From: an uncultured Gammaproteobacteria bacterium
GTDB lineage: Bacteria; Patescibacteriota; Patescibacteriia; Patescibacteriales; UBA12465
Direction of reading: 5' to 3'
NCBI GenBank assembly: GCA_964648205.1
Contig: CAZYNT010000002.1
Location: 11,371 to 75,370 of the forward strand
Length of the DNA stretch: 64,000 nt
Below the pieces are notes generated by a model that ran no database searches, was not told the DNA's origin, and was given only the letters and a program-made list of their open reading frames with translations. The first letter of the stretch is position 1; each line of letters begins with the position of its first letter. Position numbers and translations under genes: made by a program. Positions 14,964 through 22,705 of the stretch are shown here, one piece after another.

Positions 14964-16619
14964 ATGACAAGCGAAAACCCAATTAAATATTTTGCCTATG
15001 TCCGCAAATCGACTGAAGGCGATGAAAGACAGGCTTTATCTATTGAAAGTCAAATGGATAAAGTTAGAGAGTTTTTTAGCGACTTAGAAATTGTGGAAGT
15101 TATGGAAGAAAAACATAGCGCTTTTTCGCCATACAATCGGCCGGTTTTCGCTGAGATGATAAAAAGAATAAGAAAGGGCGAGGCGCACGGCATTATTGCC
15201 TGGCATCCTGATAGATTATCAAGAAATGAAATTGATGCTTCAACTATTACCTATTTAGTACGCACTGGGATTATTAAAGACTTAAAATTCGGATCATATA
15301 ATTTTGATAATTCCCCGGAAGGCATAATGATGCTCCAATTAGCTCTTAGTCAGTCTCAGTATTTCTCCTCTAAATTAGGCAAGGATGTAAAGCGTGGTTT
15401 AGAGAAGAAAGTCTCTCTCGGTTGGCTTCCAGGACAAGCTCCTGAAGGCTATTTAAACGACATGAGGCTCGAGAAAGGCCAACGGACACTAATTACCGAT
15501 AAAAAGCGCGCGCCGCTTCTTAAAGAGGCTTTTAAGCTCTTTTTAACTGGCAATTATACTGCTCAAGAGGTATTAAATAAGCTCAATAATGACTGGTGTT
15601 ATAAGACTAGGGCTAAAGCTAAAACTGGTGGCAATTCATTATCTAGAAGCACTTGGTATAAAATGCTAACTAGCTCATTTTATTGTGGCATAATCACTTA
15701 TAACGGCAAAGAAAGTCCGGGAAAGCATAAGCCGATAATTAGTCTTGAAGATTATAACCGTATTCAAGAGTTACTAGGCTTAAGGGGTAATAAAAGAAAT
15801 GTAAAAAAATTAGACTTTATGTATTCGGGCACTTTTACTTGTGGCTATTGTGGTTGCGCTATAACCGCCGAACGTAAAAGAAAATATATCAAAGAAGATA
15901 ATGAGGTAAAAACTTATCATTATTATCATTGTACTCACAAACGAAAAGAAACTGTCTGCCGAGAAGGCTCAATTGAAGAAGAAGAGTTAGAAAAACAAGT
16001 TAAAACCGACCTTAAAAAACTGGAAATGCATCCCCAGTTTTTAAGCTTAGCTTTAGATTATTTAGAGAAGAATAAAAAAGAAGAATCTGATATAAAAAAA
16101 CCCATTAAATTAGATACAGAAAAGAAAATAAAGGATTTGGAAGATCAGTTATCTGAACTTAATAGTATGAGAATGAAAAAGATGCTTGATGATACTGATT
16201 ATCTTACCGAGCGCACGAAATTAAAAGCCGAGATTGAAACTTTGAGCCAAAATGAAGTTAAAGCAAAACCAAGCAAGGCAGAACTAATAGAGCTTACCAA
16301 AGAAAATTTTATTTTCTGTGCTCAAGCTCGAAAGGAATTCGATAAAGGAGACAAAGAAACACGAAATAACATCATTAAGAAGTTAGGTTCGAACCAAAGA
16401 ATAATTGGCAAAAACATTAGCATTTCTTATCATAATTGGCTTATTCCGCTCCGAAATAATGTCGAAAAATTTAACGCTGAAATCGCTAGGTTCGAACCGA
16501 CATATTTTGGCGAAAATAAAAGAAAAAACGAGGCTTTAACCTCGCTTAATCTACGTTGGCTCGGGGATAGGGATTCGAACCCCAATAGCCAGGACCAAAA
16601 CCTGGAGTCCTACCGTTAG
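14964..16619 (+). CDS. large serine recombinase (integrase)
   Basis: YFAYVRKSTEGDERQALSIESQ is the catalytic YxRxS(T) region. Also present are the resolvase core IAWHPDRLSRN, the recombinase domain, a zinc ribbon (CGYCGCAITAE...YHCTH) and a coiled coil. The last ~21 codons are antisense tRNA-Gln. Confidence 0.8.
   Translation: MTSENPIKYFAYVRKSTEGDERQALSIESQMDKVREFFSDLEIVEVMEEKHSAFSPYNRPVFAEMIKRIRKGEAHGIIAWHPDRLSRNEIDASTITYLVRTGIIKDLKFGSYNFDNSPEGIMMLQLALSQSQYFSSKLGKDVKRGLEKKVSLGWLPGQAPEGYLNDMRLEKGQRTLITDKKRAPLLKEAFKLFLTGNYTAQEVLNKLNNDWCYKTRAKAKTGGNSLSRSTWYKMLTSSFYCGIITYNGKESPGKHKPIISLEDYNRIQELLGLRGNKRNVKKLDFMYSGTFTCGYCGCAITAERKRKYIKEDNEVKTYHYYHCTHKRKETVCREGSIEEEELEKQVKTDLKKLEMHPQFLSLALDYLEKNKKEESDIKKPIKLDTEKKIKDLEDQLSELNSMRMKKMLDDTDYLTERTKLKAEIETLSQNEVKAKPSKAELIELTKENFIFCAQARKEFDKGDKETRNNIIKKLGSNQRIIGKNISISYHNWLIPLRNNVEKFNAEIARFEPTYFGENKRKNEALTSLNLRWLGDRDSNPNSQDQNLESYR
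16546..16553 (+). other. candidate attR core (TTAATCTA), 3 nt from the tRNA-Gln CCA end
   Basis: The same 8-mer as at 7734-7741. It lies inside the recombinase ORF (codons L-N-L). Confidence 0.2.
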
Positions 16620-16630
16620 ACGATCCCCGA
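16557..16630 (-). tRNA. tRNA-Gln (anticodon UUG), CCA encoded
   Basis: Hand-folded. Acceptor TCGGGGA/TCCCCGA (U1-A72), D stem GTCT/GGAC, anticodon stem CCAGG/CCTGG with loop TTTTGGT, T arm TGGGG-TTCGAAT-CCCTA, discriminator G plus CCA. Confidence 0.85.
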
Positions 16631-16714
16631 ATGAAAATGCTTTCAAATAAAATGCTCTCAAATAGTATTAAAAAATAGATAAAAAGTCAAATTATCTATT
16701 GTTATTTTATCCAA

Positions 16715-17623
16715 TTAAACGCGGGCGTATTTTTTGGCTGCAAACAGACTCGCCAAAATATTGATGAGCAAGACGATTAAAAACTGCAAACCGAATATAA
16801 AAACAAAATTATTAACAAAATAAGATAAAATGTTAACATTGTAGCCCATAAAAAATACTTCCAAATAGGGCTGGAGCAGGCTTAAGAACGGATAGAAAAC
16901 CGAAATCACGATTAGGACGCTCAATAAGGTATAAACGAAAGAAGAAACAATATAGGGCATGAAGATGAAAAAATTAGAGGCGCCGACAAGACGCATAATT
17001 TCAATTTCCTGGCGATGCGTATAAATGGCCACCCTTATAGCATTATAGACCACCAGCAAGCTGGTTAAAATAAAAATAGCGATGATAAAAAAACCGACTT
17101 CATTAACCCGCTTGGTAATACTGTTAATCTTATTCAAAATAACAGTATTGTCGGAAAAATCGCGGGATTCGATAATTGGATTATCAATCATCTTCAGTTC
17201 ATTAATAAGGAGCCCGGATTCGGAAAAATTTTTCGGAATAATAGTCAGGCTCGGCGATAATGGGTTGCGGCCCAACTCTTTAAGGGCGGCCAGGACTGAT
17301 TGGTTATTTTTATATTTTTCCCGGAATGTTTCCAGAGCTTGCTGTTTAGAAATATAAACTACGCTTTTAACTCTCTCGTGATTAGAGATCTTCGCCTTAA
17401 GCGCCATGATTTCGCTTTCCGGAGCTTCCGTTTTTAAATATAGGCTGATGTTTATTTTTTCCTTAATCGCCGTCACCGCATTATCGCTGATTACTCGGAC
17501 GGTAAGCAAAGTATTAATTGAAAACAAAGCTAATAAAAGAATAGTGATGGTTACTATCGTCAGCCAAACATTGCGCGCAATGTCTTGAAAGCTAAATTTA
17601 ATAATGCGATATAAAGACAGCAT
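16715..17623 (-). CDS. ftsX: cell-division ABC transporter permease-like protein FtsX
   Basis: 302 aa with FtsX topology (an N-terminal TM, a large extracytoplasmic loop and three C-terminal TMs). It lies directly downstream of ftsE. Confidence 0.8.
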   Translation of the reverse strand: MLSLYRIIKFSFQDIARNVWLTIVTITILLLALFSINTLLTVRVISDNAVTAIKEKINISLYLKTEAPESEIMALKAKISNHERVKSVVYISKQQALETFREKYKNNQSVLAALKELGRNPLSPSLTIIPKNFSESGLLINELKMIDNPIIESRDFSDNTVILNKINSITKRVNEVGFFIIAIFILTSLLVVYNAIRVAIYTHRQEIEIMRLVGASNFFIFMPYIVSSFVYTLLSVLIVISVFYPFLSLLQPYLEVFFMGYNVNILSYFVNNFVFIFGLQFLIVLLINILASLFAAKKYARV

Positions 17624-17624
17624 A

Positions 17625-18305
17625 TTATAATAAATATTTACCGTGCGCTTGGTCGCTAATAACTTGCCCCTGATCCATGGTAACCACCCGGCGATTCAGG
17701 CGGTTAACGATTTCCTTGTTATGAGTCACCAGAATGACTGTCGTGCCGAAACGATTTATGCGCAGGAGTAATTCAATAATTTCATTGGCGTTAATCGCGT
17801 CTAAATTGCCGGTCGGCTCATCAGCGAGAAGTATCTTCGGCTGGTGGACAAGCGCCCGCGCAATGGCCGCGCGCTGCTGTTCTCCGCCGGAAACTTCATG
17901 GGGATAACGATTTTTTTTGTCCTCCAAACCGACAATTTTTAAAACACTGGGTACGATCTTTTTTATTTTGGCGCTTTGGCCGCCGGAAACTTCAAGGGCG
18001 AAAGAAACGTTTTCGCTCAAAGTTTTTTTGGGGAGTAATTTAAAGTCTTGAAAAATGACGCCGATTTGCCGCCTTAAATAAGGGACTTCGCGCCGTGAAA
18101 TCTTAGTAATATCCCAATCGCCGACTAAAACTTGTCCAGAATCCACTCTTTCTTCGCCAATCAATATCCTAACCAGGGTAGTTTTCCCGGCGCCAGACTG
18201 TCCGACAATTGAAACGAATTCTCCTGGATTAATTTTAAGATTAACCGCGCGTAAAACTTTATCTTTTTTATTATATGATTTGGAAACGTTGTTTAAAGTA
18301 ATCAT
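17625..18305 (-). CDS. ftsE: cell-division ATP-binding protein FtsE
   Basis: Walker A is GQSGAGKTT, the ABC signature is VSGGEQQR and Walker B is ILLADEPTGNLD. Confidence 0.85.
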   Translation of the reverse strand: MITLNNVSKSYNKKDKVLRAVNLKINPGEFVSIVGQSGAGKTTLVRILIGEERVDSGQVLVGDWDITKISRREVPYLRRQIGVIFQDFKLLPKKTLSENVSFALEVSGGQSAKIKKIVPSVLKIVGLEDKKNRYPHEVSGGEQQRAAIARALVHQPKILLADEPTGNLDAINANEIIELLLRINRFGTTVILVTHNKEIVNRLNRRVVTMDQGQVISDQAHGKYLL

Positions 18306-18307
18306 AA

Positions 18308-19783
18308 TTATTTTTTAAGTTGGCGCAAGCCATAGCGGATCAACTGCTCATTGTCCCAAAAACTGGCGGCGCTGCTTAAGGAACCAAAATTGATAGCAAT
18401 CAGGTTTCCCTGCGGCGCCTTAATCCGAGTCATTAAACAGTTGCCCGCTTCATCTAAGTAGCCAGTCTTTGATCCGATAATCGAATACTGGCTATTGCGC
18501 ACCAGCTGGCTGGTATTGGTAAGTTTATGCTGTTTTTTAGTGTTAATAGTTTTAAAAGTATAGCTGCTGACCGTACTGATTTTTTGAAGCAGCGGATTAG
18601 CAAAAACCTCTTTGGTTATTATAGCATAATCAAGCGGGGAGCTCACGTTTTTTGGAGAAAGTCCTGTCGGTTCAAAGAAAAAAGTGTTGGTTGCCCCCCA
18701 GCTTTTTACATTTTCATTCATTTTTTTAATAAAATCATCACGACTTAAGCCACTTACTCGCACCAAACTTTCCACGGCATTATTAGCGGAACCGACTAAA
18801 GCGCTATAAATTAAATTTTCAATCGTCAGCGTATCTCCGTCTTTGACTGTCAACTTGGCTGATTCCCAGGGCTTGCAATAAAGATAATTATATTTTTCAT
18901 CCTGCACCTTATAGCTTACCACCTGATTCAAGCTCGGCCGGCGATCCAAAAATGTTTTAACGGCCACCAACTTGGTTAGACTGGCGAGCGGAGAAACTTT
19001 TTCTTCATTTTTTCCCCAAATAACACTGCCGTCGCTTTCGCGTACAATGACTGCCGAGGAGGCAGAAATGGTCGGCACCGCTTCTAGTTGCAGCTGGGAT
19101 TTATTGATAGTCGGCGCTATAACTTTTAAGGGGCTTATCTTTATTTTAACCAAGCCATCGCGGGTTGAAGCGATTTTTTGAAAAGCGACCTTATCTAAAT
19201 CGATTACTCTATCGGGATGTTTGGCGCGTTCCGGCCCGAAGTCATTAATGGTCACATCAATAAATTTGCCGTTCGCCAAATTAGTAACGCGCAAAACTGA
19301 GCCTTTTTTAAAATCGGGGGAGGCGGCAAAATTGCCATTCTTATATTTATACCAACTCGCCGTGCCGACGGTTAAAATATCGGGGTTGCTTAAAATTACC
19401 AGTTTGCCGGAAGTTGAAGTTGTGGTAGCGGTTACATATTTTTTTTCAGGAACATCTTGCGTATTGAGCGGCTGCCAAATTCCCGATAGCTCATCCAAAA
19501 TAAAAATCTGCTTAAAATAATTATTGGCTTTGGGGTAATTAATCTTTATGGTCATGGGGCGGCTGGGATCATAAGTTTCTGGATTATCGAAGGAATAGAT
19601 ATAAACAGGAGTAAGCGCTTCCCATTCCCAGGGGATGTTACTGGCTGCCGAGCTGGTGGCAATATTTGCTATTTTATCGAATCCCGGAGTTGTAAATTCA
19701 AGGGCGGCGGCGTGGACGGCAACCGGACCTAAAAACAAAAAAAATGCTCCCAGCCAAATTAATTTTTTATAATCTATTTTCAT
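18308..19783 (-). CDS. secreted fusion of an RlpA-like double-psi beta-barrel domain and an S11 D-alanyl-D-alanine carboxypeptidase
   Basis: Signal peptide present. GTASWYKYKNGNFAAS...VTNLANGKFIDVTINDFGP is RlpA-like. The penicillin-binding motifs SLTK (SxxK), SAN (SxN) and KTG follow. Confidence 0.7.
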   Translation of the reverse strand: MKIDYKKLIWLGAFFLFLGPVAVHAAALEFTTPGFDKIANIATSSAASNIPWEWEALTPVYIYSFDNPETYDPSRPMTIKINYPKANNYFKQIFILDELSGIWQPLNTQDVPEKKYVTATTTSTSGKLVILSNPDILTVGTASWYKYKNGNFAASPDFKKGSVLRVTNLANGKFIDVTINDFGPERAKHPDRVIDLDKVAFQKIASTRDGLVKIKISPLKVIAPTINKSQLQLEAVPTISASSAVIVRESDGSVIWGKNEEKVSPLASLTKLVAVKTFLDRRPSLNQVVSYKVQDEKYNYLYCKPWESAKLTVKDGDTLTIENLIYSALVGSANNAVESLVRVSGLSRDDFIKKMNENVKSWGATNTFFFEPTGLSPKNVSSPLDYAIITKEVFANPLLQKISTVSSYTFKTINTKKQHKLTNTSQLVRNSQYSIIGSKTGYLDEAGNCLMTRIKAPQGNLIAINFGSLSSAASFWDNEQLIRYGLRQLKK

Positions 19784-19788
19784 AATAA

Positions 19789-19818
19789 TTGACTAAACTC
19801 TTGGCTTACGTTTATAAT
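19789..19818 (+). promoter_or_regulatory. sigma70-like promoter for the tRNA-Gly/tRNA-Thr pair
   Basis: TTGACT (19789-19794), an 18-nt spacer, then TATAAT (19813-19818). The tRNA starts 11 nt further on. Confidence 0.55.
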
Positions 19819-19829
19819 ATACTTGAATT

Positions 19830-19901
19830 GCGGGTATCGTATAATGGTTATTACATCAGCTTCCCAAGCTGAGGAAGGCGGTCCGATTCCGCTTACCCGC
19901 T
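19830..19901 (+). tRNA. tRNA-Gly (anticodon CCC)
   Basis: Acceptor GCGGGTA/TACCCGC. Anticodon stem TCAGC/GCTGA with loop TTCCCAA. T arm GGCGG-TCCGATT-CCGCT. No encoded CCA. Confidence 0.85.
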
Positions 19902-19912
19902 CCCTTTAAGGC

Positions 19913-19985
19913 GCCGAAGTAGCTCAGCTGGCAGAGCAACGCACTCGTAACGCGTAGGTCAGGGGTCCGATTCCCCTCTTCGGCT
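19913..19985 (+). tRNA. tRNA-Thr (anticodon CGU)
   Basis: Acceptor GCCGAAG/CTTCGGC. D arm GCTC-AGCTGGCA-GAGC. Anticodon loop CTCGTAA. T arm AGGGG-TCCGATT-CCCCT. Confidence 0.85.
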
Positions 19986-19990
19986 CAATT

Positions 19991-20434
19991 TTAATCAAAA
20001 AAATAACGCCACCACTTTACGAAGTTGCTTTCGCTTGTGGTGGTTTTATTTATCTCTTCACTGGTGCTGGCGGGCGTTTCCGACTCGATAACAATCACTT
20101 TTTCTCCCGGTTTTTTCAAATTTAAATTCAGACGGGCCTGCTCTTCCAGGGATTGATCCGATTCTAAATAAGCAATCATCTCTTTTAGTTCTTGATTGGT
20201 ATTTTCAAAATTGCTGATGTCTTTCTTCACATCTTCGATTTCTTTCTCAACCAATCGTTTCTGCGTATACGTCCGAGCCAGAGGAAAAATGATAAGTATT
20301 AAAAAAACTAAACCAATAATCGCCAAAAAACGCTGGCTTGATAAAAAGCGATAAAAAAAATTATTCGGTTTCGGCAAATCGCCGGCACCAAGGACACGCG
20401 GATGAATTTGCTGATGGAATTTATGTCTAGGCAT
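19991..20434 (-). CDS. septum formation initiator (FtsB/DivIC-like)
   Basis: 147 aa with a single TM and then a coiled coil (KEIEDVKKDISNFENTNQELKEMIAYLESDQSLEEQARLNLNLKKPGEKVIV), typical of the FtsB/FtsL family. Confidence 0.55.
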   Translation of the reverse strand: MPRHKFHQQIHPRVLGAGDLPKPNNFFYRFLSSQRFLAIIGLVFLILIIFPLARTYTQKRLVEKEIEDVKKDISNFENTNQELKEMIAYLESDQSLEEQARLNLNLKKPGEKVIVIESETPASTSEEINKTTTSESNFVKWWRYFFD

Positions 20435-20509
20435 CGTTATTTATTATACCATAAAAAAAAATACTAAAAAACCGGATAAAAAATTTTCCGGTTCAATAAT
20501 ATTTTTTAC

Positions 20510-22111
20510 TTACCTGGATTTTGGCGTTATCCAAAAACCCATATATTTACCCCTCATAAGGCGGATCTGCGCGTCGAAGCAAGGTATGGCTCCAAATATA
20601 ATTATCGTAAACGGCACAAAAACCCATTCAATAACCATTCTGACATTTTTTAAAACTGTATATTTCTGCGGGCGCGTCGGCAGAAGAAGAGAGGAAATAA
20701 CGGCCGAAAGAATTAGCCCGACCATGGCCACATTCATTAAATTCTGGGTTATTGCCGGCAAATTACCCGACAAAACCGTAGAGTTAAAGCGGTTGCCGCC
20801 GAGCAGCATCGGCATCCAGCCAATAACGGCAATAATCAAGGCATTGGTAGCCCAAGACCAAAATCCATAAATCTGAATGAAGATGTGGCCGATTAATTTT
20901 CCGCGGTCAACTGTTTTCCATCTCTTAATTGTATTAAAAATTAAATAAGGAATATTTTCCGAACCCCAAGCCCAGCGGCGCTGCTGTTTGTAGAGGCTTT
21001 TAGCTGTCTGCCAAACGCTCTTATCGTGAGTCACATCCATAGAAACTTTGTAATACAGGGGTTCAACTCGATAATGGCCGTCATAATGCAATAAACAATG
21101 CCAAAAAATGCGGGAGTCCTCGCTCACCATGGTCGTCGACCAAAAACCGATTTCCCGCAAAGCGACGAAAGTCATAGAATGCGAAGAATAGGTCACAAGA
21201 CTTTCTTGGCGTATCTGCATAATCATCTGCCAGAAAGTATTAGAAGAAGCGGTCAAGCGGGAAAAGAAGGGCGAATTCCAGATATTATTATGATAAACCG
21301 GGATTGGCTGATAGCTGGCCCGATATGGTTCGCGAACTGACAAAAATTTATAAGTTAAAGCGAAGAAATATCCCGCTTGAACGACAGTATCAATATCAAA
21401 AACGCTAACCAATATCTTATTTTGATCTAAATTATATTTTTCAATAATTTCCCGGCGCACTACTTGGATTCCCCAGGCCTGATTCGCTCCTTTTCCTTTA
21501 AGTTCGCCGGCTATCCCGTCAGGATGCCAAGTAATAATAAAATGGCCGAATTTTTGGCCGAATTCTTTTTGAATAATTTCCGCGCGTTCTCGGGCGGCAC
21601 TGCCGGCTCTCTCTTCCATCGCCAAGTTAACAATCATCCGGCTTATCGGATAGCCGTCGCTTTCTAAAGCAGACAAGCAGCCGCGAATGATTTCAATGCT
21701 TTCAAAGCTGGTCGGCAAAACAATCAGTTGCCATAAATCCGTCCACGCGACACCTTGGTGCGAGAGAGAATCGGGAGAAACTTCTTTCTTCAAATCTTTA
21801 TCTTGGAATTGCCCCCTTCTCAAGCGTTCGCATTTATCCGACCAATCAGTAGACAATCCCTGATTTAACTTACGATAAGAACTAATCAAAAAAATGGCCA
21901 TATAAATGACCAAAAGAAGCCAATAAACGTCGAAGGCGATAATAAAATAAGCCACCCAAACCGGTTTAAAATATGATAAAATCAAAAGGATAAATAAGGT
22001 AAAAATAGACAAAAAACCGGGCAAAAACTCTAAAAAACGATAAAACTTTCGATCCTTGCCGGTTAATTCTGTCGCCTTCCCTATTTTTAGATAATTAATA
22101 TTTGGTTCCAT
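20510..22111 (-). CDS. polytopic family-2 glycosyltransferase (processive, cellulose/chitin-synthase-like)
   Basis: 533 aa. It has flanking TM helices, a DxD (FDIDT) and the QxxRW motif (KQQRRWAWG). Confidence 0.65.
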   Translation of the reverse strand: MEPNINYLKIGKATELTGKDRKFYRFLEFLPGFLSIFTLFILLILSYFKPVWVAYFIIAFDVYWLLLVIYMAIFLISSYRKLNQGLSTDWSDKCERLRRGQFQDKDLKKEVSPDSLSHQGVAWTDLWQLIVLPTSFESIEIIRGCLSALESDGYPISRMIVNLAMEERAGSAARERAEIIQKEFGQKFGHFIITWHPDGIAGELKGKGANQAWGIQVVRREIIEKYNLDQNKILVSVFDIDTVVQAGYFFALTYKFLSVREPYRASYQPIPVYHNNIWNSPFFSRLTASSNTFWQMIMQIRQESLVTYSSHSMTFVALREIGFWSTTMVSEDSRIFWHCLLHYDGHYRVEPLYYKVSMDVTHDKSVWQTAKSLYKQQRRWAWGSENIPYLIFNTIKRWKTVDRGKLIGHIFIQIYGFWSWATNALIIAVIGWMPMLLGGNRFNSTVLSGNLPAITQNLMNVAMVGLILSAVISSLLLPTRPQKYTVLKNVRMVIEWVFVPFTIIIFGAIPCFDAQIRLMRGKYMGFWITPKSR

Positions 22112-22116
22112 AAGGC

Positions 22117-22689
22117 TTAAATTGCGCCCCTTCTTTTTAGCTCAAAAAAACATTCTGCGCAAGCCTTAACATCAAAGACGGCATCATGGGCCTCGGGAAA
22201 ACCAGTGTTAAACAAGTAATTATATAATTCCGTTAAATTTGGCCATTTATAGCCGCCGCGCTTATTACTTATCTTACAAACTTGAGCGCCGGTTTTCATC
22301 GTGCAAAGCTTATTGGCTTTAGCTAAGGGATTATCTAATCTGGCGCGCATTAACTCTGAGCCGACAATCTTATCGTCAAAATCAATATTGTGCCCGACTA
22401 AATGCTCCGCTTTTTCCACATCACTGATAAAATGATCCAGCGCCTGGCGCAAATCCACCCCTTCGATCATGGCTCTTTCTTGAGTAATCCGATGAATTTT
22501 CGCCACCTCGTCTGAAATAATGAAACCATCCGGCCTTATTATATAATTATAGCTCTCCCAATGGTTGCCTTCAGCGTCATAAAGGCTCCAAGCAATCTGT
22601 ACGATTCTCGGCCAATTAGAAAAATCATCAAGGGGTGCTTGATAATTTTTAGGAAGCCCAGTTGTCTCCGTATCAAAAACTAAATACAT
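22117..22689 (-). CDS. DnaQ-like DEDDh 3'-5' exonuclease
   Basis: Exo I is VFDTETTG, Exo II is GHNIDFDDKIV and Exo III is HDAVFDVKA. Confidence 0.75.
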   Translation of the reverse strand: MYLVFDTETTGLPKNYQAPLDDFSNWPRIVQIAWSLYDAEGNHWESYNYIIRPDGFIISDEVAKIHRITQERAMIEGVDLRQALDHFISDVEKAEHLVGHNIDFDDKIVGSELMRARLDNPLAKANKLCTMKTGAQVCKISNKRGGYKWPNLTELYNYLFNTGFPEAHDAVFDVKACAECFFELKRRGAI

Positions 22690-22705
22690 ATTATTATCTC
22701 TGCTT

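Larger units (their letters stand above)
7734..16553. mobile_element. integrated inovirus-like (filamentous ssDNA phage-like) element, ~8.8 kb, boundaries tentative
   Basis: The gene order is Ff-like: an SSB-sized ORF, 55/33/33-aa TM ORFs, a major-coat-like precursor, a g3p-like protein, a g6p-like protein, a Zot ATPase, a hairpin/iteron non-coding region, a HUH Rep and a serine recombinase abutting tRNA-Gln. An 8-bp TTAATCTA occurs at both proposed ends. Confidence 0.6.

Noticed and set aside
16635-16664. Tandem 15-nt repeat AAATGCT(T/C)TCAAATA x2 upstream of tRNA-Gln. A similar 11-nt tandem TTACAATCTAA x2 lies at 28558-28579.
   Set aside because: There are only two copies each, with no spacers, so these are not CRISPR-like. 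They are probably promoter-region duplications of no clear significance.
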